A DNA stretch of 64,000 nucleotides from Selaginella moellendorffii (Eukaryota; Plantae; Lycopodiophyta). Numbering within the stretch: the first letter of the stretch is position 1; each line of letters starts with the position of its first letter. Positions 46,120-59,699 of the stretch are shown here, piece after piece. The stretch lies in assembly GCF_000143415.4 (NCBI RefSeq), contig NW_003314323.1, forward strand, positions 624,499 through 688,498, in the 5' to 3' direction. Under the pieces are notes generated by a model. The model worked only from the letters and a program-made list of their open reading frames with translations, made no database searches and was not told the origin of the DNA. The translations under genes and the position numbers were made by a program.

Positions 46120-49100
46120 TTAATCTCCATCGCCAGGCACCATTCCAAAAGTCAAGGGATCAGATGTTTCCGCCTGTTAAGATAGAGATGATTTGAGTAA
46201 CATGTAATAAGAGTAAGGCTCACCTCCAGAAGCTGATCCTCCAGCCCATGTTGTCTGGACGAACCAAAAGAATTTGTGATCCAGTCCCTACGGATGATTC
46301 GGAGCTTGCCTTCCTGTTATTTGTGCATTAGGCCGAGTCATCCATCTAAAGGAAAGTTGTCAAACCTTTGTGCCGTAAACAAGCCCTCCGCCAACTCGAG
46401 GATGAAAGCACGCTACATTAACTTCATCTTCAGCACTTGGGAGAACTCGCACTAGTTTCAAATCTGATATTCTATAAATCTGAGAAACAAAAGGAAAATT
46501 TCAATGGAGTCCAAAAAATAGAGAGCGCAAACCTCGAGTATTGTATATACAGGAATCGTAGTTGTTCCATCCAACACGATGCTCCTCAAGAGTGAACCGT
46601 GACGTCGACCATAGGCCAAAAGTATATGACCAGATGTGGGAGAGAACTGCAATAAAAATTCATATTATGAAAATAAAAAAGAGAGGAACAAAAAGAAAGA
46701 AGAGCGTTTAATGGGGAAGAAAAGAACCTGTATTGACGTTAAGCAGTGCGCTGCACGGACAGCCTTAGAAGCGAGTACTTCTCCAAACCTGTAAAGAGCA
46801 ATTAGGAAACAAACTCCTTCAAGATTCACTTACGTGGCCTCTTCCAAAGAGTAGATCCGCAGCTCGTATATAACTTGCTGAGTAGAAATTGGATGTTGTG
46901 TAGGAGACTGCACTGAAAATCCAGGGCCACCAGGACCATTTGTTCGACCCTGCGCAGGCTCGGCTTCCGGTGGTAACACACAAGCAACACAAGCGGCGAG
47001 AAAACGGCCGCATGGTGAGAAATGTGTACCCATCTCACTACGTAGACAATAGAAAGGTTAGTCCACAAAAACAGAACGGGAAAAAAGCGAAAACACAGAA
47101 AGTGAAAGAAGAAAAAACAAAAAACGAACCTGCATAATACCGCATGAGGAATGGTCAATTTACACGTCTCCGGATCAAGAAGCGCACTGGGTTGCTTGAT
47201 GTCGTGCGGCCAAAGCTTCAACTTTACTGTACAAGGAAGCTCTGCTGCTGTTGCTGCGGTGACGGCAGCTTCAGCAACACCGAAACCAGTAAACTGACCT
47301 CCCTGAGCACGATGTTGCGTCCGTCCTTCAGCTGCATTCCGGCCACCTCTCCGCGTACCAGATGCTTCGGGCGGTTGAGGTTGATGTTGCGGTCCACCTT
47401 CGTTTTCCGGCTGGTCATAACGTACCCAGCCTTGAAGAAACGGGTCCAGCACCACAGGATCGGTCACATGAAGAAAGCGTGGCAAGTGTGTTTGTCCGGT
47501 CATTGAATATGCCTGAATGTTTGGGAACAATCCAATCGGCCAGATTCCCGAGCCAGTGCCAACTTCCACCGCTTCTTCCTGTCTTCTAGCTACCGGAACC
47601 AATGGCACTCGCAAAGCACTAGCGCCACCAAAAGAAATGTTCTCCACCTGGCCAGTTACTGCTTCAGGAAGTACGAGAGGATCCCAGGGGCCGCCAACAA
47701 CCGTAGGACTCACCCTGCCTGTCTCCGAAACTAAACCTGGAGTTTCCACTGGATCCATGCCATCTGAAGGTGGTGGTGCCGCAGCATTCGATGGTCTGGG
47801 AGAAATATCCATTGGAGCAGTCGTGGTTAGAGACTCCCGTTGCACTTGGGCATCGCCAGTCCATATCCAGTTTTGAGGGGCAGCACCACCAGGATGCGAA
47901 TAGTGTAGTTCCGTATAAGGATACACTTGGTACTCCCTCGATGTGGCTACGGACATAGGACAGTCTGGTGAATCCAGATCATTCACCTAGAAAGAAAAAC
48001 CGTAAGACGCGTTTTAAAGAGGAGAAAGAAAGTATCACCTCCGCAGTTAGTACAAGGGGCGCTGCTAGCGGGTGAAAATGTACTGCACGAAGCGATCGCC
48101 GTGTGCGAAGAACGATATTTGGACATGCTGCATCACCTTCTTTCGTATATTGCCAAATGTAAAGCTAAATATCGAAACATTAGAATGGTATGCTAAAGAA
48201 ATTAGAAGGTAGAACCTTATGTCCGGAAGCAACTGCGAGTAAATCCCCTCGTGCGTGAAATGCTAGAGACGCAATAGGCCGGTCTGAAAGGAAAAAACCA
48301 GCTATTAGAAACAAAACTTCCATGCGAATGCTTACAAAAATCCCGAGATGCAACACATTCTGCAGTGTTAGCGTTCCAAAGACGAACTTCATAGTCCAAA
48401 CTACCGCTTGCTAGCACTTCAGGGCTGCTAGGATGAAAACGGACCTGCATGTAAGTAGGTAGAAAAGATCCATGCTATGGAAAAGAATGTCCATAACATA
48501 CCACCCACGGCGTTCTTCGGTGTCCGCTCAACACTTTAAGGCATTGGCCGCTTTGACAGCATATAATTTTCACGGTATGATCGCCACTGCAAGAGTGCTG
48601 TCAAGACAAAGAAGTCGACAAAGAGATTTACTCACTGTGTTGATGCTAAAGTCAATCCATCCGGACTGAAGGCTGCAGCAATAGTTGACCTTGGTGCCGG
48701 TACCAAAGAACAATACTTCGCAATGGAGTGCTTGAACGACTCAGCTTCCAGCCTAAGAGCAAATCTCAGGAATTCAGTAAGTTGTTTGTAGCAAAGTCAT
48801 CAACTCACCAGTTAACTAGAGCATGTTTGGCGTTTGTAGTTTCGCGAGAATGCCCATGGCATTTACTGGAAGATGCAGCTGTATCCCTCCACAACCTTTT
48901 CGAAGGTCTTCTTACGCTTGGCGAAATCTGTCTCCAATCAAGCATACGCAAAACATTGTCCGCTCTAAGTAGAGAGAAAGAACACTGTTAGAAACAAATA
49001 AACATAAGAAATTCTTACAAGTTCTTTGACTGGCACTGTGAGCACGACGATGCCTGCGATCCAGACACTCCTGCCGCATTATTTTCAAAGCAGGAGGACA

Positions 49101-49284
49101 CCATCCCCGCCCCGTCCAAGCTACATACGTAACACTAGAGTTGCTACACTATCACAGCGCGCGCAGAATTCCCTTGCATTCTCCGGAAATCCCCGATCAC
49201 AGACCTGGAATCCATGCCTCGGAGCTCTCAAATCCGATGCCCGGTAAAATCTAAGGTTCCAGAGCCCCGGAATCTGGAAATCCA
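46120..49284 (-). CDS. WD40 protein, AMBRA1/DCAF-like (AT1G04140-like); start uncertain (49080-49284)
   Basis: PRSTIAAAFSPDG, LSGHRRTPWVVRFHP, LASGSLDYEVRLW, AAAELPCTVKLKLW, AVLCSEMGTHFSPCGRFLAACVAC, DEVNVACFHP. Confidence 0.9.
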
Positions 49285-49656
49285 TCGCAAAATCTGTGCC
49301 GGCGCCCCGGCGCGCCGCCCATACCGCGCCATACACTGATCCCTAAGCGTCACGATCTTACGCTACCACTCCCGTGCCCTAAAATCGTACTTCTGGCTAT
49401 GGCGAAAATGCATAATGCCGATCTAAGCCGCCGATTTGAATTAAATCGAACGGCCATGATTCGGTTTTGCGCCAACGGCCCCGATACCCGCGTAATTTCT
49501 TTTGTAGCTAACGCGGTTTAGGGTTTCATCGGATCTCTCTCAGGAAGATCTTGGAGAGCTTGAGCGCTAGGAAGATTTGGAGAGTTTGAGCGCTAGGAAG
49601 GAAGATCTTGAAATCTCTCCAGATGAAACGAAGAGGATATTTAGAAAAGAGGGCAA

Positions 49657-51543
49657 ATGGAAAGACGAGCGAGCTTGTGCTCACAGATTCGGTCATGCGG
49701 CACCGCAGCCGCGGTGGAGAAGATTCACCGTGACATTGGCGAATCGGTCCTCTCCGACGTCTTTGTCGCAAATCTCCTCATCAAGAAGTATGGAGAGTGC
49801 GGCAGCCTCGAGAAATCGAGGGAGATTTTTGACCAGATCCCGAGCTCCTCCAGGAGTCGAAACATACACACCTGGATCGCGCTGCTATCCGCGTACGTGC
49901 ACCGCCAGGATCTGCGAGAAACCAAACGGATCTTCGATAGAATGCCCGAGTGGAACCTGGTCGCCTGGACGATTCTACTCGTTGCCTACGCTGGCAGCGG
50001 CGATCTCCAGGAGGCCGATCGAGTGTTTAGATCGATGCAAGAGAGGGATCTCGTTGCCTGGAACGGGATCCTATCAGCATCTGCCACTGCTGGGCACTTT
50101 GCTCGTGTCCAAAACATCTTCCAAAGCATGCCAGAGAGGGATCTAGTTTCCTGGAATTGCATGCTAGCGGCATATTCCCGTGACACGAATATGCAAGATT
50201 TGGAGCGAATCTTCCGGACAATGCCTGCTTGGAACATGGTATCCTGGGCGACAATGCTGGCAGCATATTCCCAGACAGGGGACTTATTATCATGTAAATG
50301 TTTGTACGAGGCTATGCCTGAGAGAGATTCCTTTTCTTCCACAGCGATGCTAGCGCTTTTAGAGGAAAAAGGCTACCTAGATCTAGCTCAACGACTATTT
50401 GATTCCATGAAAGAGCGGAGTCTAGTAACTTGGACAGTCATGGTTGCAGCATATGCCCGGAGAGGGCATATTGATCTTACTGTAGAATTCTTCAACAAAG
50501 CCCCGGAGCTGGATCGAGTCCTGTGCACTACAATGATCGCCGCTTTTTCAGAGGCTGGATTTATCGATAGAGCAAGTGAAATCTTCCACAAGATGCTCGA
50601 GAGAGATCTATGCGCGTGGACTACCATGCTCGAAGGATTTGCCCTAAATGGGGATCTTGGAATGGCAAACTTATGCTTCCAATCCCTCCCCGCTCTAGAC
50701 GTGGTGTCGTGCAATGCCATGATCGCCGCCTACGGCACCCACGGGCTCACAGGCAAAGCCAAACATTTGTACGACTCCATGCCCGTACAGAGCGTGGCAT
50801 CCGCGACGCTCATGGTAGCGGCATATTCCCATTGCGGGAATGTGGAGGCGGCAAGATGGGTGTTTGAAGAGTGGTCAGGCGTTCGAGACCCAGGGCTCTC
50901 TAACGCGATGCTGTATGGTTACTTGAATTGCGGGTATGTGGAAGAGGGCGAGCTCCTCTTCGCTGCGATGGAGGAGGGCCATCGCGATTCGTTCTCATGG
51001 AGCACGATGATCACCGGGCTGGCCCGGAATGGGGATTTCAAGCGCGCGGCAGCGATCTTTGCTAGGGTTAGCGAGCGGGGATTGGTGCTGTCGACGGCGA
51101 TGCTGCGCGCCTATTCGGGGTATGGATCCGTGGAGGCTGCCAGGAAGATCTTTGAGGCAATGCAGGATTGCGACGTCATTCTCTGGAACTCGATGATTCT
51201 CGCCTACGCGCAGAACGGCCGATTGCCCGAGGCGATGGGGCTTTTCAGGCTCATGAATCTTGGCGGCCGGGCGCCCGACGAGAGCTCCTTTGTCACGATC
51301 ATCGCCGGATGCAGCCATTTCGGTGTGATCGACGACGGCAAGAGGTTCTTTCTCTCGCTCCAGCAAGATTTCCATCTCCAGGCATCCAAGATTCTCTACA
51401 GCGCCATGGTCGATCTCCTCCAGCGCGGAGGGTATCTAGCAGATGCCCAGGAGCTCCTTGCGAAATTGCCGCTTCTTCCGGCGCCAACGCGGCAGTGGCG
51501 TGTCGCAGGCCGCTTGTGCCACGTCTGCACTCCACGTCGGTAA
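49657..51543 (+). CDS. PLS/SS-rich PPR protein with truncated or degenerate E domain
   Basis: 628-aa intronless ORF of about 31-aa repeats (FDRMPEWNLVAWTILLVAYA); similarity is lost after AQELLAKLPLLP. Confidence 0.9.
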   Translation: MERRASLCSQIRSCGTAAAVEKIHRDIGESVLSDVFVANLLIKKYGECGSLEKSREIFDQIPSSSRSRNIHTWIALLSAYVHRQDLRETKRIFDRMPEWNLVAWTILLVAYAGSGDLQEADRVFRSMQERDLVAWNGILSASATAGHFARVQNIFQSMPERDLVSWNCMLAAYSRDTNMQDLERIFRTMPAWNMVSWATMLAAYSQTGDLLSCKCLYEAMPERDSFSSTAMLALLEEKGYLDLAQRLFDSMKERSLVTWTVMVAAYARRGHIDLTVEFFNKAPELDRVLCTTMIAAFSEAGFIDRASEIFHKMLERDLCAWTTMLEGFALNGDLGMANLCFQSLPALDVVSCNAMIAAYGTHGLTGKAKHLYDSMPVQSVASATLMVAAYSHCGNVEAARWVFEEWSGVRDPGLSNAMLYGYLNCGYVEEGELLFAAMEEGHRDSFSWSTMITGLARNGDFKRAAAIFARVSERGLVLSTAMLRAYSGYGSVEAARKIFEAMQDCDVILWNSMILAYAQNGRLPEAMGLFRLMNLGGRAPDESSFVTIIAGCSHFGVIDDGKRFFLSLQQDFHLQASKILYSAMVDLLQRGGYLADAQELLAKLPLLPAPTRQWRVAGRLCHVCTPRR

Positions 51544-52024
51544 AGCTGGCCACGTCTGCGCGAATATCTCGGAGAGAATATTCGGCCGCGTGTCCTTTGG
51601 AGCGCCAAAGGTTGCTACACAGGAAGGCCACGCGGATTTTTTTTTCGTTGGGCAGATTGATTGATGCGCTCACTTCCAAAATGATGATGGTCATTGGGCG
51701 CGGCCTCCTCCGGTGATTTCCATTTCCTCCACTCAACGCATTCCACCAGTCCAGAAGAGTTCTGGGAGGAAAAAAGGGAGCGTGTTTATAGCGGTGCATT
51801 AGGGGAAAGGTTTAGGTCAACCAGGGGTTTGCTTCTCCGCTTGAGCAGGGAGGCGTCTCTAGAAGTCGCCAAGAGAAGGTCTGTGTCTGCCTGGATTGGT
51901 TTCTTCGCGGAAAAATCCGATTTTTCTGACCGAAAGCTCTTTCCTTTTGTTTGGCAGGAAGCCCGGAGGAGGGGGAGGAGGAGTAGCATCAAAAGCAGCA
52001 GCAGTGGCAGGAGGAGGAAGCTCA

Positions 52025-54178
52025 ATGGGGTCGAATGCGACGAACTGGAAGCTGGAGGCGCATCCAAACATGCCCAAAGGCAAGATTTTGGCCATGATTG
52101 TGTTGGACGGATGGGGGGAGCAAATCAAGGACGAGTACAATGCGATCCATGTCGCTCCCACTCCATGCATGGATTCGTTCCGCGAGGTAAAAGCGCTTTT
52201 TGGATCTGGATCTGGATCGATTGATCTTGTTGCTTTTTTTCTTTTAGACTGCCCCCGATCGGTGGAGACTTGTCAAGGCGCATGGACCTGCCGTCGGCCT
52301 TCCAACCGAGGATGACATGGGAAATAGTGAGGTTGGTCACAATGCTTTGGGAGCGGGACGTATTTTTGCTCAAGGGTATTTTGTAGAGCTTCTCTGTGAG
52401 CTTTCTCACAGTGTTTTTGTTCTTCCCATTTCAGTGCGAAGCTCGTCGACTCGGCTATTGCAACCGGGAAGCTGTTTAAGGGAGAGGGGTTCAATTACAT
52501 CAAGGAGGCTTTTCCTACTGGTACCCTCCATCTCATTGGATTGTTGAGTGATGGTGGTGTCCATTCTAGATACGACCAGCTTCAGGTTTCTTCTTCTTTC
52601 TTTCGCTTTTCTGTGCGGGGTATTGACTCTCGATTTGCAGGGTTTGATGAAGGGGGCCGTGGAAAATGGCTGCAAGAGACTTCGTGTGCATGCTCTTACG
52701 GATGGACGTGATGTTCTTGACGGGACGAGTTTTAAGTTTTTGGAGATGCTAGAGAACGATTTAAAGGAACTACGTGAGAAGGGGTGCGACGCCCAAGTTG
52801 CATCTGTTGGTGGGCGTATGTACGTGACCATGGACAGATACGACGTATGTATTTTCCTCTCTCTTTTTTTTGTTTTTGCTTCTCTTTTTTATCCCTGTTT
52901 AACTTGTGTTGCTCTCCAGAATGATTGGAACGTCGTGAAACGAGGCTGGGATGCTCAAGTGTTGGGCGAAGCTCCTCATAAGTTCACGAATGCACTTGAA
53001 GGGCTGAAGAAGCTCAAAGAAGCGGACCCCAAGTTCAATGACCAGTACTGTCCCGCGTTCGTCATCGTTGACGAGGCGGGCAAACCCGTTGGACCGATAG
53101 TTGATGGTGACGCCGTTGTCACCATCAACTTCCGTGCCGATCGGATGATCATGCTTGCAAAGGCTTTGGAGTGGGAGAAGTTCGATAAGTTTGATCGTGT
53201 TCGTGTTCCAAAGATTCGGTACGCGGGCATGCTACAGTATGATGGCGAGTTGAAACTTCCCACGAAGTATTTAGTTGATCCCCCGGAAATTGAGAGAACC
53301 TCTGGTGAGTTTTTGGTAAAGAACGGCGTCCGGACTTTCGCTTGCAGGTAAGATTTACTCTTCTTTGCAATGTATCCGCTACTAAACTGTCTCTTTGCAG
53401 CGAGACTGTGAAGTTCGGGCATGTTACATTTTTCTGGAACGGAAACAGGTCTGGCTATTTTGATAGCAAGCTGGAAGAGTATGTTGAGATTCCTAGCGAT
53501 TCTGGCATTACTTTCAACGAGCAGCCAAAGATGAAAGCCTTGGAAATCGGTGAGAAGGCGCGGGACGCCATTCTCAGCAAAAAGTTTGATCAGGTAACTC
53601 CAAAGTTTGCATCGTCCCATCTTATTCTTTCGCTTCTTAGATAAGGGTTAATTTACCCAATGGTGACATGGTTGGTCACACTGGAGATCTCAAGGCGACC
53701 ATTGTGGCTTGTGAAGCGGCCGATAAGGCTGTTAAGGTGAAGTTCCTTGCATTTTTATTTTCTGTGTCAGACGATGTTTTTCTTTTTTGTTCTTGCAGCT
53801 CATGGTTGATGCTATTGAACAAGTTGGCGGAATTTTCGTGATAACCGCTGACCATGGAAACGCGGAAGACATGGCAAAGAGGAACCCCAAAACTGGGGAG
53901 CCTATCAAGGACAAGGACGGAAACATTCAAATCCTCACATCTCACACCTGTGCTCCGGTAAGCTTTGTAACTTCGTGGTAGTGATCTTTAGGCCTCACTT
54001 AAACCATGGTCACCAGGTTCCATTTATTATCGGCGGGCCTGGATTGGCAAAAGAGATAAAATTGAGGAAGGATTTGCCTACGGCAGGACTTGCAAACGTT
54101 GCCGCGACGGTGATGAATTTGCATGGTCTTGTAGCGCCATCGGACTATGAGCCTTCTATGGTCGAGTGGGTCAAGTAA
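52025..54178 (+). CDS. iPGAM: 2,3-bisphosphoglycerate-independent phosphoglycerate mutase
   Basis: [66 protein letters not shown]. Confidence 0.97.
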
Positions 54179-54259
54179 CCATATTAACCCCCTTGATTGG
54201 ACAAATGAGATTTTATATAAAACTATCAATAAAAGAAGGCGAACCAATTCATTTGATGG

Positions 54260-54580
54260 CTCTTTTTGGATATTTGTTTTTTACTACAACTTTCAGCATT
54301 TGCTTGCATTAATTGTATTTAGATCGATCAAGAACATGTTGTACCACTCGTGGAATCTCATTCTTACTACTTTGAAGTCTTAAAGAACAAAACTAAGGCA
54401 CTTTACATTATAGCCTTGTGGGGACTGGTTCTTTTTGGATATTTGTTTTCTACTACAACTTTCACCATTTGCTTGTATTATTGTATTTAGATTGATCAAG
54501 AACATGTTGTAAAATTCATGGAATCTCATTGTTACTACTTTGAAATTTCAAAGAACAAAGTTAAAGCACTTCACATTGTA
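54260..54580 (+). repeat. Tandem duplication (~170-bp period) of the iPGAM 3' flank
   Basis: tctttttggatatttgtttt..tactacaactttca..gaatctcatt..tactactttgaa at about 54261 and 54430. Confidence 0.85.
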
Positions 54581-54599
54581 TGATCATTAATAGTTAGAA

Positions 54600-57150
54600 G
54601 TTTCAAAGAAGTTCTAAAGAACAAGAATAAGGCACTTTTTTAGAGACGGATTAACCATAATATATATTTAATTTTTCTTACATTTTTTTAGTTCTTATTT
54701 TGAGTAAAAAATATATTTTGAGTATATTTAAAATAAAGTAAAACTATAAATAAAACTATTATAAAATGCATACACTCTAGCACTAGGAAGCATTACAACA
54801 ATTACACCAACAACCAACTATAAGTAGGGAGGAACCCTTGCTTGTAAAAGGTTTGATGGGTATCCTTTTGCAGCCCTAACCTAAATATTATGGATAAATC
54901 ATATATCTTGATAATAATGAGAACCACACCTCACACCACATTGGAGATTGCATTGGTTTGGAGCATTAATAACAAGTATAGGGATGGGGATTTGATAATG
55001 AAAAATTATACCTTTATAAATTATTAAACTTTTCAGTCTATTTTAGTCACTTAGCCATAACTTTTGACAAGTCACATGTCCCAATAACATGAGAACCACA
55101 CCCCATACCACATTAGACATTGCACTCCAGTTTGGAGCATTAATAATAAGTATAAGGATTGGGATGTGATAATGAAGAATTATATCTTTATAAATGATTA
55201 AAGATTTTATTCTATATTATTCATTTAGCCACAACTTTTATTACTTGGAGGTGTGTCACCCATAAGTCCTCATCCTGCTAAAACTTTAAAAGTGGCCTTA
55301 AAACCACTTTAACTTTGCACTTCATCCAAGTGCTCTAAATATGTTATATCAATCATCAAAAGGTACCACTAATGTATTAACCTTTTACAATAAATCTATG
55401 TTTATTATTACTTATTTCATTGGTAATCCAAGGCCACCTAGACCAAACTATCCAATATATTAATACCCATCCTCAACCACTTCTTAACATCTTTAAAATA
55501 TGGTGGAACACTATCCTTTAACATCCCTTCTTTAATTTTTATTAAGTCTTTTTCCAATTATGGTAGTGGTTGTTAACATTGCCACTGGGTCAAGATACAA
55601 AAACTTGTTTATCAAATTCTATTAACTTCTAGAACTTCCTCACCATGTAATCATATCTTTTATTATTAAGCAAGAGGATCATTCCTCTTTCATTCCATCA
55701 TCAAAGATGTTAGAATGACATTTTGAAACACCACAACCTAATATAAACTTCATTCCCATCTTTTGCCACCAAAATGCCTCAGCCACTTAGAGCAAAATTT
55801 CAATGAGACATGCAAGATATCCAAATAGGTAGTGCTACCTATACTTAGATTGGGAATATAAACCATGTAATCTCTTGAAACAATTAGAGCTAACTTTTGA
55901 ACATTTTATTAAGTTTTATTTATGTTCATTCAGCCTTGGATTCCATAGTATTTGTATCTATTTATGTTCACTTTAACTTTGGACTCTTTAATATTTATAT
56001 CATCACCCACTATATAAATATAACCTTTCTTAGTCATATTGATTCTTTTGAAGTTTTCCCCCTTATTATTTTACAAAGACTTATTAAACCCTTTTGAGGG
56101 GCTATATTAGAGGCATTTAATTTAGCCACATGCACTTGTACATATATATCCAATCCTTCCATCTGTGCTATCATCCCCCCATCTATTATCTCCTAATGTG
56201 GCACACTTGGAGGTTGTATGATAGTGTGTGGAGGCTAGTTATGTGCCTCAATATAATGTTTTGCAATTGAGTGGAGTATATTGTAGTATTATATAAATAA
56301 TTTTCTTTTTTATTATATATAAAGCTTTTTAACTCTTTCAATATAATTATATTTATGCAGCTTAACTAACCAATATTATTTATATTATGTGACTTGTGCT
56401 TGCACTTCAGATTTATAATCTAATGCTATCATAAATTTAACATACCATATCTATAATAATGAGGAGTTGCTAAACTTTTTGGGCCATCTGATCCAGCCAA
56501 TAACATCTGTATGATGGGGGTAATTGTCAAAGGGTTATTTTTTTAACCACATCTTAGTAAATAATCATATTTGATGCTTGCTCTTAGCTAATGAGAGGTT
56601 GTTAATTGCCTGGAGTGAGAAAAAGGTGACATGTCATGTGTTGTTTGGCATTGATGGTCAACCTTTTGTAGTGGAGACTCATTGTGTCATTTGGATCTTA
56701 TAATTCCCTCTAAGGAATTTAAATAATTTCCTCTATATATTTATAATTATTTTTTGAATTCTTCTTTCAAAGTGGAATACAATATTTTTATTTTGATACT
56801 ATTCCAATTTAGCTTTTAATATAACAAAATTATGACAATCACAACAATATTTGCTAACTAGATAGCATATCCTGGGCAATAGTTAGTAAAAGAAATAAAA
56901 CGTAGACATGCTATGAGGTATTTTATTAGATAGAAAACTGAAGGGGTTAACAAATTAACTTTACTTAACAAAAAATAGACTTTGTGTACTAGCTTATAAA
57001 ATATGAATATAATAAACATACTTTGTAAGGTTTGTAAATCCTGAGCACTCACAACTTAAGCTTATACATATAACTGTAAACAAGACCGCCAAGAGAGTTA
57101 TATAAACAATGCAAAGGAATTATATTTGTTCCATAGATGGATTAGAAACA
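54600..57150. mobile_element. AT-rich, CpG-depleted decayed transposon-like region with an internal ~170-bp duplication
   Basis: Almost no CpG, no credible ORF; atgagaaccacacc..ccacatt at about 54918 and 55089. Confidence 0.5.
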
Positions 57151-57243
57151 ATTATAATAATAGCCATTTATTATTTAACAGCCCTCATTGATCAGTTATG
57201 TTGTAACACTGTTTATGGAGAATGTCTTATTTTTCTTACATAA

Positions 57244-59435
57244 TCACAGCGCAAAGGTGACGAGAAGCCATGAAGTAACTGCTACAACGCAGAAGCAACC
57301 ACAGAGAAGCCTTTGTACTCTCTTCCAAAAGCTTTGGCTTTTTCTTCCTTCCTCGCTCTCTTCGTTAAAGAGTGAAGTTTTGAGAGTCGGCAGACAAATG
57401 CAAGAACGAACTTTACCAGTCTTTGTGTTGCTCCTGCTCCAGTCACTTGATTGTAAAGAGGTAGTGTGAATTACCTCAGCCAAAATCTTAGCAACCTGTA
57501 GGATGACTGATCATAAAAAAATTCTTTGAAAAAATCAAGATGCCAAACCTCTTTTGTGTTCTGGTGAGTTACAAGGTGGCCACCAGAAAGCACCCAAAAC
57601 CGTGCTGAGCTCCCCAATCGTTGCGCCAAGCGTTTTCCATAGCGAATCTGTGCAATAACGTCATCTCTAGAAAAACAAAAGAGGACTCAATGTATGACGA
57701 TGCGAGCTTTCTTTTTTCTTTTTGTTCTCGACTTACATGCCATGGATGACTGCCACAGGAAATCCAGCCGCGCGTATTTGCTGTATGTCGGAGTCTTTGG
57801 CTTCGTGAGACCAGCAGGCATGAATGTGACCATTTAAGCCAGCCTTCGGTTGCATTCCACCAGTCTCCATGTTTTTCAGGTACTCCTGCGCAAAACCAAA
57901 AAGAACCAAAAAAGCAAAAAAGAGAAACGTTTCATCTCCGTGTTAGTGACTACAAAAGTTTCTACCTTGTAAAGGATGTTCTTTCTTTGTACTCCCCCGG
58001 TAATTTCATTCAAGTAGTCCTGGAAGTAGCTTGTTACGACAGCACAAAAGAATGAGACTATGACATACGCGCGTGTAATGCGTGTCTAGATCCACAAGAA
58101 TTCTCTGCTCGAGAGTTTTAGCTGTGAGAAATCTGTACGCAATCGAGAGTGACCGCCATTCCATCTGTAGCAAGTCCAAAGCTGAAGAAAGTTTATGTTT
58201 CAACAAAAAAAGACATACCTTTGGAAAGCACTGGAATCCGCCACCGGTGATACTTATAAGCGTCAAAGAGAGAACTCGTTGGGGGGCCATTGCTGCCAGT
58301 TTGAATCCGATCATTGCACCTGGAAGAAGAAAAACTCTGAGCTTGTCGAGAGAAAATCTGAAAGTTTTAAGTTCATGAACGGTGTTTGTACCCATGGAGT
58401 GACCACAGATGTGAGCCTGTTTCCAGCCGAGGAAATCAAGCAAAGAAAGTGCATCCATAGCCATGATTGTCGTCCTGCAATTCACAAAGAATTTAGTAGA
58501 AAATGAATCGAAGAAAAGAAAAACTAGAAGCAGAAGAACACTTACGAATACTCGGACTTTTGTGTGGGAATTGAGCTGTTTCCCACTCCCCTGTTGTCAA
58601 AAGTACAGATCTGAACTCCGCCATCGTTTTCAAAGCTACTACAAAACTTATTGCTTTCTTCTTCCACTTCACTCGGCGTACCACTGTTAGAAGCACTACT
58701 GGTTAGCTCACGAACATAAGGCCCCCAGAAACCATGGCCACAAGCAAGTCCTGGGAAAAAGAAAATGACCAAAAAATCAACGAACGCCCTCAAAAGAAGA
58801 AGAAAAATAAGTCTAGAAGTCGATCGACAAGATCTAGTCCCCGAAAGAAAAACACTCGAATAGAAGAATCTGAGCTTCGAAAGAAGAAAGTACTGAAAAA
58901 ACTCAGTACAAAACCAATGAACTCAACTACGAAGAAATCGACAGAGAGAACTACAAACCAATGAACTTAAAGTTCTTAGCGCAACCAGCAAAGTAGAAGG
59001 AGATAGGAACAAGAAAATGCCAAAAGGAATCTGGAGAGCTCCCGAATTTTGGGAAGCATATCCAGCGAGCTAGCTGTCTCTGTGACCCACAAGCTCATTA
59101 AAATGCAGCGTAGCAGCACAAAACTTCTTCTTTTTTTTAAGGAAAAGAAAGAATTTGTTATCTTTTGCGAGTGCCCTAGGGCCTGATCGATCGATCAATG
59201 CATCAATCAATCAACAGTTCCAATTTCCGCTCCAATCCAATCCCATCGAAGTGAAAAGAGAGAAAGAAAGAGAGATCCTCTTACCTGGTATGAGCAGTAG
59301 CTTTGTGGCGCCAATTCCATATAATTGGTAGCTGATGACGACGCCGTGCGTGGATCCTGGCGCCAGGCACGAGCTCCCCTCGCCATTGCCCAGCGCCCCG
59401 GGCGCGGAATATGCCCCTCCAAGATCTTCCTCCAT
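57244..59435 (-). CDS. Alpha/beta hydrolase (AT5G53050-like) with hydrophobic C-terminal tail
   Basis: TFDNRGVGNSS, AHICGHSMGAMI (GxSxG), ISITGGGFQCFPK, GGHLVTH. Confidence 0.88.
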
Positions 59436-59699
59436 TTTGCGAGGGGCTAAAATGTGCAAAGAATATTCTATGTTCGATGAATATTCTTGTGTGAGGAATA
59501 TGCTTATAGTTTGAAATGTTGGAGAGAAAAATAATCAATGCTGTATTGTTGTTACACGCGACGAAAAATAACCATAGTGTTACATAGACATACAATGACG
59601 AAGTGAAGAACACTTACTCTTTCTTGGACGAATTGTTTTGGTTTGCCGACTGGAAATCGTCTCTGCTGCTGCGAATTCTTGGAAGAATTTGGCTCTCGA

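Noticed and set aside
52790-52845. iPGAM ASVGGRM instead of the usual plant ASGGGRM
   Set aside because: A hydrophobic residue is common here in bacterial iPGMs and the catalytic motifs are intact
55550-56700. Possible transposase remnant
   Set aside because: Too many stops; no catalytic motif could be read
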